Notes under the pieces: model-generated
What the model saw: only the letters and a program-made list of their open reading frames with translations
Told to the model about the DNA's origin: nothing
Database searches by the model: none
Made by a program: the position numbers and the translations under genes
Source of the DNA: Legionellales bacterium
GTDB taxonomy: Bacteria; Pseudomonadota; Gammaproteobacteria; JAGOUN01
Direction of reading: 5' to 3'
Length of the DNA stretch: 64,000 bases
Assembly: GCA_027486005.1 (NCBI GenBank)
Contig: JAIXPZ010000042.1
Location: 2,894-66,893, forward strand
Part shown: positions 19,892-29,014 of the stretch, in pieces
Numbering within the stretch: the first letter of the stretch is position 1
How the letters are laid out: each line of letters opens with the position of its first letter

Positions 19892-20710
19892 TCAGACATG
19901 AGGTTTTTTCGCTTCTTCAGTTTCTATTTTATGATAAACATCAATATATTTTTTGATAACTTCAGCCCCTGTAAAAAATTGAGTGAATTCGCCGTAGTTT
20001 TTGTCAATTGGTTTGAAATACTCTTTAGTTATGCAATCAGTTATTAACACTCCGTTTTCATTAACATCATATGAAACTCGCGCGGCTCGATCTATAAAGC
20101 AAGCTAAAATATACAGGCTTTTTGGTGATATTTTATTTGTCTTGGCTATGTCATATAAAATTTTGTCATCATGCTTCACAGGTGCGCCATGATAATCATT
20201 ATACTCTATGCCAAAGAAAAACTGATAAAAGTCAATTTTTGAAACTATATCAATCAAGCTATAAGCTGTATTAATATAATCGGTTAGATAGATTTCTATG
20301 TGTGCTTTTTCTGTTACTTTTTCGCACAAACCTTCAGTAGCCTTTAATGCATCAATCACTTTATGCCATATTATATTATTTTTCGCAACGGGCACAGATC
20401 TAGACTTGCGATCAATATTGAGTTCAGCAAAACCTTGAAAGTATTTCTGTATTTGTTCAAGATAGAACTTCGACGATTTTTCTTTAGAATCTTTACGGTA
20501 GTTACATATCGCATAAAGCAAGACTGCGGCAGTAAAAGCTGATCCTGAAGCTGTAAAATAATCTTTTTCAGATGGGCCTAATATTAAAAATATAACGCCC
20601 AGACTGAAAAAAATCAAAGTTAAAATAACGATAAAAATAGTTGCTATCAAGCTTAAATATTTTTTTATAATATACCACCATTTTTGGCGTGCAATATCTT
20701 TAGTGCTCAT
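19892..20710 (-). CDS. hypothetical two-TM membrane protein inside the R-M operon
   Basis: 272 aa; two N-terminal hydrophobic helices; start overlaps the upstream stop codon. Confidence 0.7.
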   Translation of the reverse strand: MSTKDIARQKWWYIIKKYLSLIATIFIVILTLIFFSLGVIFLILGPSEKDYFTASGSAFTAAVLLYAICNYRKDSKEKSSKFYLEQIQKYFQGFAELNIDRKSRSVPVAKNNIIWHKVIDALKATEGLCEKVTEKAHIEIYLTDYINTAYSLIDIVSKIDFYQFFFGIEYNDYHGAPVKHDDKILYDIAKTNKISPKSLYILACFIDRAARVSYDVNENGVLITDCITKEYFKPIDKNYGEFTQFFTGAEVIKKYIDVYHKIETEEAKKPHV

Positions 20711-21579
20711 TATGATATCTCTGTAGTTGTGTTCAGTTTTTCAACGTGTGTTTCAAATAAAAAAGTGACTAACGTTGCGGCGGCTCCAGCCGCAAGCTTT
20801 GCATGTCGGGATTGTAATGCTTGTGTTTTTGCTGGTTTACCATGCCCTGTCCCATATAGCCCTCGAAGTTGAGAAAGGTCATTTCCTATAGTGCCAAGGC
20901 TTCGCAAAATTGCTTTTATTAAATCAGAGCCTCGTTTATTATCTTCAACTCCTTCGGGAACTAGTGATAATTCTTTCAATAGCATTTTTGTTAATGTTGG
21001 TATATCGAGAGCGCCTGTTATCGGGATACCTCTCTCTTCAAGAATTGTTTTGCATGTTGTTTCGATTAATTCTTTAGCAGTACCAATAACCAAGGACGGA
21101 TCTGTTTCTACTGATTCTTTCATGCGTAGAATCTGCAGTTGAATGTGTGCCCCATCAAGCTTGTCAGGAAAACACATTAAATCATTAAATGTTGAGGGAG
21201 ATATCGGTTCGATTAATTTATTATTAATCCACTCTATACCGTCTCTTTTAAGTTGTGTCATTAGTTCTCCCGCAATATTACAATTATTTTCATAAGTAAT
21301 ATTGCAGTAGAAACCTAGAGGTTGAGCTGTAAGATCAAGAATTACATTTTCATAAACTTTTAATATTTTACGCACGCTAATCCGATTGGACCAGTTAACT
21401 GTATGGTAATATTGTTCCACCAGTATTCGCCGTTCACCACTAATACCTTCTGGCTGGTAACTGCTATCACAAAGGACTTCATATGCTTTAAACGCATCGT
21501 GAATTACGCGAAGAGTGCTATTGACAAAATATTCTCTAAATTTAATACGCGTTCTAATGCTGACAATTGATGACGTCAT
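20710..21579 (-). CDS. abortive infection protein (AbiJ-type N-terminus + Abi_C HEPN-like domain)
   Basis: DPSLVIGTAKELIETTCKTIL and LRGLYGTGHG motifs; N-terminal GERRILVEQYYHTVNW. Confidence 0.85.
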   Translation of the reverse strand: MTSSIVSIRTRIKFREYFVNSTLRVIHDAFKAYEVLCDSSYQPEGISGERRILVEQYYHTVNWSNRISVRKILKVYENVILDLTAQPLGFYCNITYENNCNIAGELMTQLKRDGIEWINNKLIEPISPSTFNDLMCFPDKLDGAHIQLQILRMKESVETDPSLVIGTAKELIETTCKTILEERGIPITGALDIPTLTKMLLKELSLVPEGVEDNKRGSDLIKAILRSLGTIGNDLSQLRGLYGTGHGKPAKTQALQSRHAKLAAGAAATLVTFLFETHVEKLNTTTEIS

Positions 21580-22901
21580 GCTGTGACCTCATATTCGCAT
21601 GACTTCAATTGCCCGGAAATTAAGCGTGGCAGCAATATATCACGTAGTGTTGAAAGAGTTTTAATTTGTTTTAAGTTGGCAGAAAATCTATTTCGCAGAG
21701 GCAAGGTCGATAAATCAAATGCATGCAGTACATCGTGGCTTGGAATAATAAGTTTGAGCTTTGCAAGCATTGAGCGGCTTAATTCTGTTTGGCCAGTGGA
21801 ACCTTCACCCAGTTGTTCAATTTCCGCTTGTCGATTTGAAAGCGCTAACCCAAGATAATTCCATGTTAATAATCCTCCCACACGGACTACAGTAACATGT
21901 GAATCAGCAATTATTGGTTCATCAATTGAGAGAATTTGTGCAACACGTCCAAGAGTGCCAACACCTGTGGAATTTACCAGTACATCTCCAACTAATAATT
22001 CTCGACCTTCAATTTTTCTTTGTGCAGGATCATGGGTGCGCGCTTTTGTTAAGTCAACAATATTATCCCGTATACACTTTTGATTGATGACAGTAATCCC
22101 CGCATTTACTGTATATTTGGGTGAGATGCCTCGGCTAAGATATGTGACTGTTTCTCCAAGTGAAGAAACTTTCCATCCTAATGGTATTAATCCCAGCTCT
22201 GACTCTTCAAAACTATCAGGAAAAAGTGCCGCTGTCTCTGCATCCATTCTTTCAGGTTCACGACCTTCAGCTTTTGCACGTACTGGATCGAAATCAATAA
22301 ACCAGGATTTGAAAAGGGTTTGAGCAATGGATTCGATGGTAATATTGCTTTTGCGTAGTAATTCGATACGATCATCAAGCGATCCTAAAATCTCTAAAAT
22401 TTCTTTTTGCTTTTTTAACGGCGGAACCGCAACTTGCATTTTGTCTACACGAGTAATGTAAATATGTTTGATCGTTGAGCCATCAGAATCATTTTCCATA
22501 ACTTGCTGGTAATAATGAGAAGATAAAAGATATTTCAAGAAGTACGGATTAATTAATTTATTTGGCCTCAATAAAGCAACGGATTGATTAATGCATAAGT
22601 TTTCTTTATCGACAACCGCTACTCTACCAATGGAGCCGTCTTTAGTGAGAAGCACATCACCAATTTTCGGTTTACTTTTATTGGACAGTTTATTAGTAAA
22701 TGCATCTAAAGTTGTCCGTCGTGCCGTTACATAATTTATGCGTCCGTCTACTATATCTTTTGCTGTTAATTTCCACGGGCCATCTTTAGCATCAGGCATG
22801 GGATTTGTAAATCCGTAAGTAATCAAATCTAAAAAGTGTCTTAAATCTTCAATATACCAATCGTTAGGAACAAGCCCAATTTCTGCTTGTTTAAAATTCA
22901 T
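21576..22901 (-). CDS. hsdS: type I restriction-modification specificity subunit S
   Basis: Two TRDs with conserved spacer IAQTLFKSWFIDF...LGLIPLGW; ends LRDILLPRLISGQL. Confidence 0.95.
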   Translation of the reverse strand: MNFKQAEIGLVPNDWYIEDLRHFLDLITYGFTNPMPDAKDGPWKLTAKDIVDGRINYVTARRTTLDAFTNKLSNKSKPKIGDVLLTKDGSIGRVAVVDKENLCINQSVALLRPNKLINPYFLKYLLSSHYYQQVMENDSDGSTIKHIYITRVDKMQVAVPPLKKQKEILEILGSLDDRIELLRKSNITIESIAQTLFKSWFIDFDPVRAKAEGREPERMDAETAALFPDSFEESELGLIPLGWKVSSLGETVTYLSRGISPKYTVNAGITVINQKCIRDNIVDLTKARTHDPAQRKIEGRELLVGDVLVNSTGVGTLGRVAQILSIDEPIIADSHVTVVRVGGLLTWNYLGLALSNRQAEIEQLGEGSTGQTELSRSMLAKLKLIIPSHDVLHAFDLSTLPLRNRFSANLKQIKTLSTLRDILLPRLISGQLKSCEYEVTA

Positions 22902-23061
22902 AGCTAGGTCCTTTTGACTTTTTTGAATTAAATTTCTCCAGTAATGATTTTGTGACGCTCTGAACTACTTCATTAAGCTCACAATTACATTCATCTTCCT
23001 TTATTAATTGTGCTATAGCTTGTGCCTCAATTGAGAAATTATCTTTGTAAGCTCTCATCAT
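22891..23061 (-). CDS. 56-aa hypothetical protein between hsdM and hsdS
   Basis: Manual translation MMRAYKDNFSIEAQ...KGPSYEF*. ATG immediately follows the hsdM stop and the end overlaps the hsdS start. Confidence 0.4.
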   Translation of the reverse strand: MMRAYKDNFSIEAQAIAQLIKEDECNCELNEVVQSVTKSLLEKFNSKKSKGPSYEF

Positions 23062-24618
23062 TTACACCTCAAACCCAAGTTTCGCTAAATTTTTACGAAT
23101 GAAATCATCCAAGTCAGCACCTTTCGTCATTTGATCTCCAAGCTTTGCAGTAAGTTTTTGCATTTTATCTACAAAAGCTTCTACATTATCTTCAACAGCT
23201 TCCGTGCCGACATAGCGGCCTGGGGTTAGTGCATGACCATGTTCTGTAATTTCAGCAAGTGATACGCTTCGACAAAATCCTGCAATATCAGCATATGTTT
23301 CTTTTGCTTCACCATCGCCACGCCACGCTTGTACAATATCAGAAATTTTTTGAATATCTGCGTCGGTGAATTCCATTTGCGAGCGGCTGATCATCGTGCC
23401 GAGCTTGCGTGCATCGAGGAAGAGCACTTCACCTTTGCGGAGAGTTTTATTTTTTGAGAGAAACCATAAACAAGCCGGAATTTGCGTATTAAAAAATAGT
23501 TGTCCAGGTAAAGCGATCATACATTCTACAACATCGGCTTCTACCATTTTTTTACGTATATCGCCTTCGCTATTTTGATTAGAGCTCATCGATCCATTGG
23601 CGAGAACAATGCCCGCGCGGCCGTTGGGTTTGAGATGGTACAACATGTGTTGCAGCCAGGCATAGTTGGCATTGCCTTGAGGTGGTGTTCCATAGACCCA
23701 GCGTGGGTCGTTGTCTAAACTTCCATGCCACCAATCAGAAATATTGAACGGTGGATTAGCTAAAATAAAATCTGCACGTAAATCTGGATGTTGGTTCTTG
23801 GTGAAAGTATCGCCAGGCTCTTTACCGAGGTTGAAATCGATACCGCGAATCGCAAGGTTCATTGCCGCTAAACGCCATGTCGTCGGATTAGATTCTTGTC
23901 CATAAATTGAAACGTCACCTAATTTTCCACCGTGTGCTTCAATAAATTTTTCAGATTGCACAAACATACCACCTGATCCACAACACGGGTCATACACTTT
24001 TCCATGATGCGGCGCGAGAACGGCCACAAGTGTTCGCACAATGCTAGCGGGTGTATAAAACTGTCCGCCCTTCTTGCCTTCAGAGCTAGCAAATTGGCCA
24101 AGAAAATATTCGTAAACCTGCCCTAATAAATCTTTTGCATTTTGACCAGCGGCACCAAATCCAATAGAAGAAATTAAATCGACCAACTCACCTAACTTGC
24201 CATCCGGTAATTGCGCACGCGCATAACGCTTATCAAGAATGCCTTTGAGCTTTGGATTATCTGTTTCGATCAGCGACAGTGCATTATCAATTAGTTTGCC
24301 AATATCAGGTTGCTTTGCTTGCGCTCGTAAACTTTCCCATCGAGCTGCTTCTGGAACCCAGAACGCATTCACTTCTCTATAATAATCACGGTCCTCTAAT
24401 TCTTTCGCAAGAGATTCTGCATCTGTATCATGCAGATAATATTCATCTTCTTTATTGGTAAAACGGCAAGTGAGTTCATCACGACGCATTTGAAAAGTAT
24501 CAGAAATATACTTCAAGAAAATTAAACCCAACACAATGTGTTTGTATTCTGCAGCATCCATGTTGGCGCGCAGTTTGTCAGCGGTTGCCCATAGGGTTTT
24601 CTTTATATCGTCTAACAT
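23062..24618 (-). CDS. hsdM: type I restriction-modification N6-adenine methyltransferase subunit M
   Basis: LWATADKLR, GQFYTP, YDPCCGSGG, NPPF. Confidence 0.96.
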   Translation of the reverse strand: MLDDIKKTLWATADKLRANMDAAEYKHIVLGLIFLKYISDTFQMRRDELTCRFTNKEDEYYLHDTDAESLAKELEDRDYYREVNAFWVPEAARWESLRAQAKQPDIGKLIDNALSLIETDNPKLKGILDKRYARAQLPDGKLGELVDLISSIGFGAAGQNAKDLLGQVYEYFLGQFASSEGKKGGQFYTPASIVRTLVAVLAPHHGKVYDPCCGSGGMFVQSEKFIEAHGGKLGDVSIYGQESNPTTWRLAAMNLAIRGIDFNLGKEPGDTFTKNQHPDLRADFILANPPFNISDWWHGSLDNDPRWVYGTPPQGNANYAWLQHMLYHLKPNGRAGIVLANGSMSSNQNSEGDIRKKMVEADVVECMIALPGQLFFNTQIPACLWFLSKNKTLRKGEVLFLDARKLGTMISRSQMEFTDADIQKISDIVQAWRGDGEAKETYADIAGFCRSVSLAEITEHGHALTPGRYVGTEAVEDNVEAFVDKMQKLTAKLGDQMTKGADLDDFIRKNLAKLGFEV

Positions 24619-25056
24619 TAAAAATTTCCCATTGCTGATAATGCATTAAAATTTTGTCTAAACATTTTGTTTGCCTTATTCTGTAACAGCATACACAGAG
24701 TACTATCAGATTTTATCTGTTCATTTTCTTCGTAAATCAAGAGCATTACCTACCGCCCTTCCCTACGCACAAAAAATCAAGTTAAACGTAAATTAACTAT
24801 TTTAAAACTGAGTTCTGAAATTCGCTTATCTGCACATTACATCGATAATTTTAAGAATGAATTATGTATGTCTATCACTGGCCAGTAAAGACAATAAACC
24901 CTATTTACAGCGATAATTAATGCTTGGGATCGCATATTGTTAAAAGTATATAACGCTCAATGCATGAGCACATTGCTGCGATGATAAATTGCACAAAAAT
25001 CTACCTAGACCAGTAAGCCTAGGGAAGCTCTGCAATAAAGTGCCCTCCCCTCATCT

Positions 25057-25079
25057 TTATCCCCAGAAACTGGGGATAA
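25057..25079. promoter_or_regulatory. inverted pair of DnaA-box-like sequences
   Basis: TTATCCCCA-GAAAC-TGGGGATAA; each half is one mismatch from TTATCCACA; lies next to the parS/iteron region once the intron is removed. Confidence 0.5.
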
Positions 25080-25113
25080 CTTTTTTTGTGGAGTTTGTAA
25101 ATAAAAGGCTATG

Positions 25114-26951
25114 GGTGAGTAGACCAGGGGAATCTCACCCCTAGCCCCTCTTAGAACCGTACGTGACAGTCTCCCGTCATACGGCTCCCATTACTCAACC
25201 GGCGACGCTAGTCCATAGCGCCAATGCACAAAGAGTTGAGGATAGTGTTTGAATACTCTCCCCAAGTACCGTCTAGCTCTCTTTTTGCTTGCCTGTCCTG
25301 TATTGCTTGCATATTTGCGTTGCGCCCATCTTTGCAGATGTTTCTCTATCTGCACAAACGCCTCTGTCACTTCACTTCGATAAAATCTTCCATAATAATT
25401 CACCCATCCACTGACTCGCGGATTGGTTAATTTCGCCAGTTCCTTGAGTGACATACAGGTCTTTCGATGCAGACGCCAGCTGCGAATGGTTTGGCGAATG
25501 GCTGTCTTCGCTGCATTGCTTATAGCGGGAACAAAGCCGACAAAACCTTTGCCTTCTTTACTCATGACTAATCTTCTTCTGAAGGTGTAGCCTAAGAAAT
25601 CAAAGCTTCTGGGTATGTCTTCTTTTTCTTCTTTAGCTACGCCACAGTAAACAACTTTCGTTTTCTGCGGATGCAATTGCAGCTTGCACTGCGCCATTCG
25701 AGCCTCAATTTCTGCTTTGAGCTGTAATGCCTCATTTTGTGATGTGCAATGGACAATAATATCATCAGCATAACGCTCAAACTGAACGTTAGGGTGTTGT
25801 TTTCTTATCCATTTATCAAACACGTAGTGCAGAAAAATATTCGCTAACAATGGACTTACAACCCCGCCTTGAGGCGTGCCTGTTGTTCTGGGTTGCAATG
25901 ATCCATCGGCCAATTGAGCTGGAGCTCGTAGCCAATGTTTCACGTGCAACATTATCCATCGATCGATACTGTGCTTTTCTAGCGCCAATATGAGCAATTC
26001 ATGATCAATATTGTCAAAGAAACCCTTAATATCAAGATCGATCACCCAGTCACGCTTCCAGCAGCGCTGCCGACATTGTCCCACCGCATCGAGCGCTGAC
26101 TTGTTTGGTCGATAGCCATACGAGTCTTGATCAAAACGGGGTTCGAAGTGAGGCTCAAGGTGCATCGTGACCACCATTTGAGCAATACGGTCGGCGACCG
26201 TGGGTATTCCCAAATAGCGTTGTCCGCCGTCTTTCTTCGGTATCGCTACCGTTTTCACGGGCGGTGGAAAGTAACTGCCTGAGGACATTCGATTCCACAG
26301 TTTATACAGATTGTCTTTGAGTTTTACCTCAAAGTCTGCAATCGACTGGTTATCGACACCCGCCGCGCCTTGGTTACGCTTTACACGCAAATACGCTTGC
26401 CATACATCCTGTTTAGGAATAGCAAACGGTTTTGTTTTACTCAAAAGTTCCTCCCACCATTGGTTGACCTCTAACTAAAACGGAGTAACTCAACCCCTTC
26501 GCTCCATAGCCATTACAGCCACTTCAACACTACTACGGGTTGATCCGCCCCTGTGCTCTGCGTTGGTATTTTCTCTTGGCTTTTATACCTCGAAAGTTCC
26601 CTTATCATCAGAACGACAGGTTCCCGCAGTTCCATACTTAAGCCTAAAATAGGATCATGCTACCTCTACACCGGACACCGCCTATCCAATCATCAGGCCC
26701 CCGATAGACTTTATTCCTAGAGCCATAGAACTCACCCTAGTTTCGATGTCGTCCGATCCATTTCGACGTGTCAACGGTAGTTCACTTGCGTTCATCTTCC
26801 TATTTCGCACATGACTGTTAAAACAGCCTTTTCCTTATCGCTCACTACCAGGGCTCTTTACCCTAGCAGCATAAGGTTGTTTAAAGCCTACTCCTGAAAG
26901 TCGGCTTTGGTGGGCCTACCACCATCTTAAGTGCAGCTTGCTGCGGCACAC
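25114..26951 (-). mobile_element. group II intron, RmInt1-like (bacterial class D, IIB), endonuclease-minus
   Basis: 5' end GTGTG at 26951; domain V GAGCCGTATGACGGGAGACTGTCACGTACGGTTC; domain VI ending CTACTCACC at 25114; EBS1 loop TTCTATG (26730-26724) pairs with exon CGTGGAA. Confidence 0.92.
25191..26444 (-). CDS. ltrA: group II intron reverse transcriptase/maturase
   Basis: KPF.IPK..VWQAY..VK.N.GAAGVD, LGIPTVADR, GTPQGG, RYADD, domain X GWVNYY; no HNH domain; TTG start with GGGAGG RBS. Confidence 0.95.
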   Translation of the reverse strand: MSKTKPFAIPKQDVWQAYLRVKRNQGAAGVDNQSIADFEVKLKDNLYKLWNRMSSGSYFPPPVKTVAIPKKDGGQRYLGIPTVADRIAQMVVTMHLEPHFEPRFDQDSYGYRPNKSALDAVGQCRQRCWKRDWVIDLDIKGFFDNIDHELLILALEKHSIDRWIMLHVKHWLRAPAQLADGSLQPRTTGTPQGGVVSPLLANIFLHYVFDKWIRKQHPNVQFERYADDIIVHCTSQNEALQLKAEIEARMAQCKLQLHPQKTKVVYCGVAKEEKEDIPRSFDFLGYTFRRRLVMSKEGKGFVGFVPAISNAAKTAIRQTIRSWRLHRKTCMSLKELAKLTNPRVSGWVNYYGRFYRSEVTEAFVQIEKHLQRWAQRKYASNTGQASKKRARRYLGRVFKHYPQLFVHWRYGLASPVE

Positions 26952-26965
26952 TTCCACGTGCAACA
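26952..26965. promoter_or_regulatory. parS centromere-like palindrome interrupted by the intron (first 2 bp at 25112-25113)
   Basis: Joining the exons gives TG|TTCCACGTGCAACA, 15/16 identical to the parS palindrome TGTTCCACGTGGAACA. Confidence 0.7.
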
Positions 26966-27054
26966 CTCCAAAATTATACTCTTCTAAAGGTGCTCGGCTG
27001 TATTTTGAATATTATATTTTCATATAGTTCAAATTTTGTACTATATATCCATAT

Positions 27055-27820
27055 AAATAGGTACATAAATAGGAACAATATAGGTACGTATATAGGAACA
27101 ATTAATAGTTGGATCGATTATGAAATAAATGAGCGAGGTTACTTCTACTCTGATAGCTTTCATCAACTGCGACAATTAAACCATTTTAGAACTTTTATAC
27201 CCTCCCCTCGCCTCTAAGCCAATTACAACCATGTTAATGATCGCTCTTAAAACATATAGCTTTAAAACGAATCATTATATAGGAACATTAATGGGAACAA
27301 ATATAAGTACATATATAGGTACAATAATTATTAGTACGCTGAAGATATTTTGATTATATACGCGAATATTCTGTTCCTATATTTGTACCTATTTAAAATA
27401 ATAAGTACAAATATGGGGACATATATAGGAACAACATAACAACAGAGATCTGGAGGCTATAAAAAAATAATATAGGAACAAAAATAGGTACAATGTATAT
27501 TTATCAAATATTAAATTTGTCGATTTAATATAGGTACAAATATAGGAACAAAATATTTTATTCCTTATTTTTAAATGTATTATGAAATACATTTGTGCTT
27601 TATAATTTTAAATTAATAAGAAAATACTACAGTTAAAATAGGTACAGTACAATACAATATAGGAACACAAATAGGATCAAATATAGAAACATATATGAGT
27701 ACATATATAGGAACAAATATTGGTGAGATTTTGACAAAGATCTGTTCCTATATTTGTACCTATATTAATAAATAGAAACAAATATAGGAACTTAATTGGG
27801 TACAAATATAGGAACAAAAT
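27055..27820. repeat. iteron-like field of ~12-bp ATATAGGWACAA repeats (putative replication origin / partition site)
   Basis: Roughly 25-30 degenerate copies in tandem clusters, mostly direct, with inverted pairs (TGTTCCTATATTTGTACCTAT near 27372 and 27743), in AT-rich DNA upstream of parA. Confidence 0.8.
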
Positions 27821-28028
27821 ATAATGGTGATTTTTTACAGCTTTCAAATAATTAGCATCCTGTATTAATGGTTGCAATTTTTGCCATTCGGATAGAAAGC
27901 GACGTAACTCATTGAAATTGTTAAAAAGACCATCTTCACCATCTTTTCTTAAAAAGATCTTGATATTATCACCATATTTGTTTAAGTTAAGGGTATCAGA
28001 ATATCAATTCCTTAAAAAACATGGGGCA

Positions 28029-29000
28029 ATGATGGAAATCGATCCAAAAATTACTGCTGCGGAAATCGCTTTATATCTAAAAATGACTGTTCAAGCTATA
28101 CACAATAAAGTTAAGTCAAAAGGGCTGAAAGTAAAAAAAGCTCAAAATAAAGCCTACTTTGGACACGAGACGGCTAGGGTGATCATTAACCACAATGTTA
28201 ACCAATTGAAAATAGCTATTTCGGTTGTAAAGGGTGGGGTAGGGAAGACTACGTTAGCAGAAGCACTTGCCATTCGTGTAGCTCTATATGGTCTTCGTGT
28301 TCTTTGTATCGATGTGGATCAGCAAGCAAATCTAACTAAAGGCTTGGGCATGGACGAAAAAGCCAAGCACTGCCCAGTGATGATAGATCTTATCGAAGGT
28401 AAGGCAAAGGCTGAAGAAGCTATATTACAAGTAATGCCAGGTCTCGATCTGATTCCTAGTCGTTTAGATAATGTAACACTCGATGGTTATATGATGATTA
28501 ATCGAGTAAACCCAGAGAAAATTTTTAATAAAATTTTTGAGGACGTATTTAAAAACTACGACCTAGTTATCTTTGATTGTCCTCCTACATTAGGTTCTAC
28601 TGTATGCGCTGCGATGTTATGTGCCGATGTAGTAATTTCTCCATTAAATCCAGACGTGTATTCTTATGAAGGAATACAAATCATGGACAAGGAAATTAAA
28701 AATATTCGCGAACAATTTAGTAAAGACATTAATTGGAAAATTCTACTTAATAAATTTGATTCCAGAACTATTCTTTCTACCGGCTATATAAGTCAGCTAA
28801 TGCAAGATCCGGCATATGCTTCAAGATTGCTTGATAGTGTCATCAGAACAAGCCAAGAGTTTCCTAATATGAAACAAAAAGAAAAAACGATTTTTGATTC
28901 TCTTAAGAAATCTACGGCAAAAGAAGATATTGATGCTCTTGCAAAAGAAATAATTGAAATAATGAAGATTCACTCAAAAACAACCCAAGCAGCGAAGTAG
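28029..29000 (+). CDS. parA: ParA family partition ATPase with N-terminal HTH
   Basis: KGGVGKTT deviant Walker A, IDVDQQANLT, DCPP; N-terminal AEIALYLKMTVQAIH HTH. Start likely 28029/28032. Confidence 0.9.
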   Translation: MMEIDPKITAAEIALYLKMTVQAIHNKVKSKGLKVKKAQNKAYFGHETARVIINHNVNQLKIAISVVKGGVGKTTLAEALAIRVALYGLRVLCIDVDQQANLTKGLGMDEKAKHCPVMIDLIEGKAKAEEAILQVMPGLDLIPSRLDNVTLDGYMMINRVNPEKIFNKIFEDVFKNYDLVIFDCPPTLGSTVCAAMLCADVVISPLNPDVYSYEGIQIMDKEIKNIREQFSKDINWKILLNKFDSRTILSTGYISQLMQDPAYASRLLDSVIRTSQEFPNMKQKEKTIFDSLKKSTAKEDIDALAKEIIEIMKIHSKTTQAAK

Positions 29001-29014
29001 GGTAGGGGACTTGT

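Noticed and set aside
25191..26444. RT as a retron, DGR or defence-associated RT
   Set aside because: Canonical group II intron domain V/VI, GUGYG 5' end, EBS1 and maturase domain X are all present.
27055..27820. Repeat field as a CRISPR array, or the short ORFs (26990-27217, 27389-27592, 27677-27877) as genes
   Set aside because: Units are ~12 bp, degenerate, abutting and in both orientations, with no unique spacers and no cas genes. The ORFs are low-complexity translations of the repeats.
27912..28028. N-terminal extensions given by the ORF track (parA 27912, hsdR 18383, 39475, 41072, 42809, 55076)
   Set aside because: Downstream ATGs have better RBS or stop-start coupling and match family N-termini.
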